A DNA stretch of 19,949 bases from Gemmatimonadota bacterium (GTDB taxonomy: Bacteria > Latescibacterota > UBA2968 > UBA8231), in contig JAYOYH010000068.1 in NCBI GenBank assembly GCA_038153405.1, positions 1 through 19,949 of the forward strand. The letters run 5' to 3'. The position numbers and the translations under genes were made by a program. This document shows, piece after piece, positions 16,549 through 19,949 of the stretch; the first letter of the stretch is position 1, and every line of letters starts with the position of its first letter. The notes under the pieces were generated by a model. That model was not told the DNA's origin, searched no databases, and saw only the letters and a list, made by a program, of their open reading frames with translations.

Positions 16549-17340
16549 ATGACAGAGGATAGCAGTACGCGCTGGGATCCAGCGCAGTACCTCAAATTTG
16601 GCGACGATCGCCTGCGCCCCGGACTCGATCTCATGCATCGCATTTCGAGCCAATCGCCGCGCCATATCTGCGACTTAGGCTGCGGCACGGGCACGCTCAC
16701 GCGCCTGCTGGCGGCGCGCTGGCCAGAGGCCGCCGTCACCGGCGTCGACCACTCCGCCGATATGCTAGCGACGGCAGCCGCCGAACCGAGCACCGTCGAG
16801 TGGGTCGAGTCCGACCTGCGCACCTGGCAACCGACGGACGCGCCCGACTTGATCTACTCCAACGCGACGCTGCACTGGGTCGAAGGACACGAAAGGCTCT
16901 TTCCACACCTGCTCGCCCTGCTGCAGCGCGGCGGCGCGCTGGCCGTGCAGATGCCGCTCAGCTGGGGACAGGATTCGCACCTGCTCATGCGCCAGGTGCT
17001 GGAACAGCTAGCCCTCGGCGACGATGCGCTGCGCCGCACGACGGCCCGCAAATGGGTCGACGAACCGGCCGCCTACTACGACCTGCTCGCCCCGCTGTGT
17101 GCGCAGATCGATTTGTGGCAAACGGAGTACCTGCACGTGCTGAGCGGCGACGACCCCGTGCTCGAGTGGGTGCAAAGCACCGGACTGCGACCCATACTCA
17201 ACGGATTAGACGACGACCAGCGTGCCGAATTTCTCACCGAGTACCGCACGCGCCTGCGTCAGGCCTATCCCCGGCGCGCCGACGGCACGACGCTCTATCC
17301 ATTCCGCCGCCTGTTTATCGTGGCGACGACAGCACCCTAG
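16549..17340 (+). CDS. tam: Trans-aconitate 2-methyltransferase-like SAM methyltransferase
   Basis: Motifs: WDPAQYLKFGDDRLRP, DLGCGTG, GVDHSADML, SNATLHWV, LAVQMP, STGLRP and YPFRRLFIVA. Confidence 0.88.
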   Translation: MTEDSSTRWDPAQYLKFGDDRLRPGLDLMHRISSQSPRHICDLGCGTGTLTRLLAARWPEAAVTGVDHSADMLATAAAEPSTVEWVESDLRTWQPTDAPDLIYSNATLHWVEGHERLFPHLLALLQRGGALAVQMPLSWGQDSHLLMRQVLEQLALGDDALRRTTARKWVDEPAAYYDLLAPLCAQIDLWQTEYLHVLSGDDPVLEWVQSTGLRPILNGLDDDQRAEFLTEYRTRLRQAYPRRADGTTLYPFRRLFIVATTAP

Positions 17341-17348
17341 TGAAAGAT

Positions 17349-18116
17349 ATGAGTAATGAGATGATGACGACCGACCTGGAGTACTTGCAGCAACTGGACC
17401 AACCCGACGAGGAGGGCGAATACACCCGCTCGCTGTATGACCTCATCGAGCAGGGCACGCTCGACCTCGACTTGGGCACCTTCCTGATATCACACATTGC
17501 GCGCGGCGCTTCGTTTGTCACCGGATCGGGCCCCGGCGGCGTTGGCAAGACGACGACCAAACGCGCCCTGCTGCCTTTTGTGCCGTCTGGTCTGCCCTTT
17601 TTTAACGCGCTGCCCGGCCAGGTCGAACCGGCCGATCGCGCTCCGACCTGCGCCATTGCCGACGAGCTGAGCGGCGGGCGCCCGCCGACCTACCTGTGGG
17701 GCGACGATCTGCGCGCCTTTTTTGAGCTGGGCCAGCGCGGCCACCTGTTGACCAGCACCATTCACGCCGACGACTTGGACGAAACGCACGCGCAGCTCGT
17801 CGGGGAAAACGGCGTGCCGGTCGAACAGTTTCGCGCCGTTAACTTGCTGATACACATTTGCCTAGAGGGCGGCAATCCGCCCGAGCGACGCATCCACGAC
17901 AAGATCACGCGCCGGGTGGTTAACAAGGTGTACTACAGCGATGGCACTGCCCCGCACGCGCTCGTTTATGAATGGGGCACTGGGCTGTCGAGCGATGCCA
18001 TCTACGACGCGCCCTTTGCAGCGGCGTGTCGCACCTTCTTGGAAGAGGCACTCGCTGGAGAAGAGCGTCGACTCGTAGCCGTGCGCCAGGGCTTTTTAAC
18101 ATGGCTCGCCTCGTGA
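17349..18116 (+). CDS. Short P-loop NTPase resembling the ATPase domain of VirB11/CpaF/FlaI secretion ATPases
   Basis: About 255 aa from ATG 17349 (GTG 17340 is an alternative). LYDLIEQGTL helix, Walker A GPGGVGKTT, Walker B-like IADE and His-box STIHAD. Confidence 0.75.
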   Translation: MSNEMMTTDLEYLQQLDQPDEEGEYTRSLYDLIEQGTLDLDLGTFLISHIARGASFVTGSGPGGVGKTTTKRALLPFVPSGLPFFNALPGQVEPADRAPTCAIADELSGGRPPTYLWGDDLRAFFELGQRGHLLTSTIHADDLDETHAQLVGENGVPVEQFRAVNLLIHICLEGGNPPERRIHDKITRRVVNKVYYSDGTAPHALVYEWGTGLSSDAIYDAPFAAACRTFLEEALAGEERRLVAVRQGFLTWLAS

Positions 18117-19949
18117 AGGCCCTGCTCCTCGTCTGCGCGCTGCTGGTAGCCGGCGCAGCGCATGCCTCGAACGGCGTTGTAGATCAGGTGGCCGGCGACC
18201 TGATCTACATTCGCGGCCTCAACGGTCAAGCCCCCCTCTGGTCGTCGCTGCGCGTCGGCGAGAGTGCAATGGCCGAGGTCATCAAAGAGCTGCCCGACCT
18301 CCTCGTGGCGCGCCTGACAAAAAGAGGACCGGCCGGTGTCTACCGCGGATTAAGCGCGTCTGTTGTGGAGCGCGGCGAGCCCACATCTGGGCGCCGACCG
18401 CGCCGCATTCTTCACGCCACGCGCGTCGAACAAGCACCGCGTATTGATGGCCAGCTCGACGACCCGGCATGGGCCCAAGCAAAGCCGATTGAGGGTTTTG
18501 TAAAGCGCGATCCGGGCTATTGGATGCCGGGCGACGAGGGCACCGTTGCACGCATCGCCTTCGACGAGGAAAACCTCTACTTCGCCTTTGACTGCCCCAT
18601 CCCAGACGGCGGCGGTCCGGTGGCCAACACCATGCGCCGCGATGCCAACCTAACGGGCGACGACAATATCCAAATCCTCTTGGACACCTTCAACGACGGG
18701 CAGAACGGCGTATTCTTTTTCGTCAATCCGCTTGGCGCCCGCACCGATCTCATCCTCTCGAACGCCGGGCGCAGCAACAATATGGATTGGGACAGCGATT
18801 GGCAGGTGCGCACCACGCGCCGGGCCGACGGCTGGACTGCCGAGGTCGCTATTCCCTTTAACCAGCTGCGCTTCACGCCGGGCGATAACATGGTGTGGGG
18901 CATCAACCTGTCCCGCTTTAACGCCCGAACCAACGTCGCCACTCAGCTAGTGGTCTACGCGCCAACCAATTCTTTTACCGAGCGCTACCGCATGGCCGAC
19001 CTAGCCGAACTGCGCGGCCTCAGCCAGGTCAGCACGCGCCGCCCCTTAGAAATCAAGCCCTACATCCTGCCCGGCACCACGCGCGACTTTACCGGCGACG
19101 ACGGCGAAAACCCCTCCATCGATATCGGCGCCGACCTGCGCTACGGTATCACTTCAAATCTCTCGCTCGACGTATCCTACAAAACGGATTTTGCCCAAGT
19201 CGAGGCCGATCAGGAGCAGACCAACCTAGCCCAGTTCAGCCTGTTCTTTCCGGAAAAGCGCGCGTTTTTCCTCGAGGGCTCCAACCTCTTTGATTTCGGT
19301 GACACCGAAAGCCGCGGCAGCCGCCGGCCCACGCTGCTCTTCTATTCGCGGCGCATCGGCATAGAAGAGGACAACCGCATTCCCATCCTCGTCGGCACCA
19401 AGCTGACGGGCAAGGAGGGCCGCACGAGCGTGGGCGCCCTGCACGTGCTAACCGACCCGGCCACCTATACCGTCAACGACACCGTCGATGTGAACGTCAA
19501 GCGCACCCACTACTCCGTCCTGCGCCTCAAGCGCGACGTGATGATGCGTTCCAATGTGGGCGCCATCGTCGTCAACAAGCAGGACGTCAACGGCCGTTTC
19601 AACCGCGCAGCCGGAGTCGATTTCACCTACGCACCGACGGGCGCGCTCAGCCTGCAGGGATTTCTCGCGCGCACCTGGGACTCGGAAACGGAAGGTGGCA
19701 ACGCCGGATCTGCGTCGTTGGATTACCGCGGCGCCGCCTACTGGGCGCGCGTCAAATACTACGATATCGGCGCGCAGTTCGAACCCGGCGTCGGCTTTGT
19801 CAATCGCCGCGGCGACCTGAGCGGACTCCGGCGCTACTACGCCTATGGGCGCTGGCGTCCCAAACCGACCCTGCAACTCGTACGCCAGCTGTCGATGGGC
19901 CCAGAAGTCGATGTGTTTACCGACCGCGATAACACCGTTAAATACTGGA
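18101..19949 (+). CDS. Exported CBM9-like/DUF5916-type protein, probable outer-membrane beta-barrel C-terminus (3' truncated)
   Basis: Absent from the ORF track because it has no stop. My hand translation is open for 616 codons from ATG 18101 (alternative GTG 18113). Signal peptide MARLVKALLLVCALLVAGAAHA-S, then PRIDGQLDDPAW, MRRD, LDTFND, VNPLG, WTAEVAIPFNQLRF, WGIN, DFAQVEAD, FFPEKRAFFLEG and LFYSRRIG. Confidence 0.88.
   Translation, partial: MARLVKALLLVCALLVAGAAHASNGVVDQVAGDLIYIRGLNGQAPLWSSLRVGESAMAEVIKELPDLLVARLTKRGPAGVYRGLSASVVERGEPTSGRRPRRILHATRVEQAPRIDGQLDDPAWAQAKPIEGFVKRDPGYWMPGDEGTVARIAFDEENLYFAFDCPIPDGGGPVANTMRRDANLTGDDNIQILLDTFNDGQNGVFFFVNPLGARTDLILSNAGRSNNMDWDSDWQVRTTRRADGWTAEVAIPFNQLRFTPGDNMVWGINLSRFNARTNVATQLVVYAPTNSFTERYRMADLAELRGLSQVSTRRPLEIKPYILPGTTRDFTGDDGENPSIDIGADLRYGITSNLSLDVSYKTDFAQVEADQEQTNLAQFSLFFPEKRAFFLEGSNLFDFGDTESRGSRRPTLLFYSRRIGIEEDNRIPILVGTKLTGKEGRTSVGALHVLTDPATYTVNDTVDVNVKRTHYSVLRLKRDVMMRSNVGAIVVNKQDVNGRFNRAAGVDFTYAPTGALSLQGFLARTWDSETEGGNAGSASLDYRGAAYWARVKYYDIGAQFEPGVGFVNRRGDLSGLRRYYAYGRWRPKPTLQLVRQLSMGPEVDVFTDRDNTVKYW

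Noticed and set aside
1..19949. CRISPR array, tRNA/rRNA, IS element, prophage or defence system
   Set aside because: No regularly spaced repeats, no intergenic gap over about 160 nt, and no transposase, integrase or nuclease motifs were seen.

Overview
Gene-dense, GC-rich bacterial chromosomal window with 17 supportable CDS (two truncated by the window edges). I saw no RNA genes, CRISPR arrays, transposases or transcription regulators. Layout: (+) partial Gfo/Idh/MocA-like oxidoreductase and a PhyH-family Fe(II)/2OG dioxygenase; (-) HAD phosphatase, TIM-barrel sugar isomerase and DUF1015; then a 15.5-kb (+) run. That run encodes a YghX-type dienelactone hydrolase, a PQQ dehydrogenase with an internal c-type heme domain, an exported 4-cupin protein built from a 269-aa tandem duplication, a CUT2 sugar ABC transporter, an SMP-30 lactonase, an enolase-superfamily dehydratase, a Tam-like methyltransferase, a stand-alone short VirB11/CpaF-like ATPase and a CBM9/DUF5916-type exported protein that is missing from the ORF track. 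The best candidates for novelty are the exported tetra-cupin inside a putative oxidative sugar/sugar-acid catabolic cluster and the orphan minimal secretion-type ATPase. All family calls come from motif recognition by eye, not from database searches.
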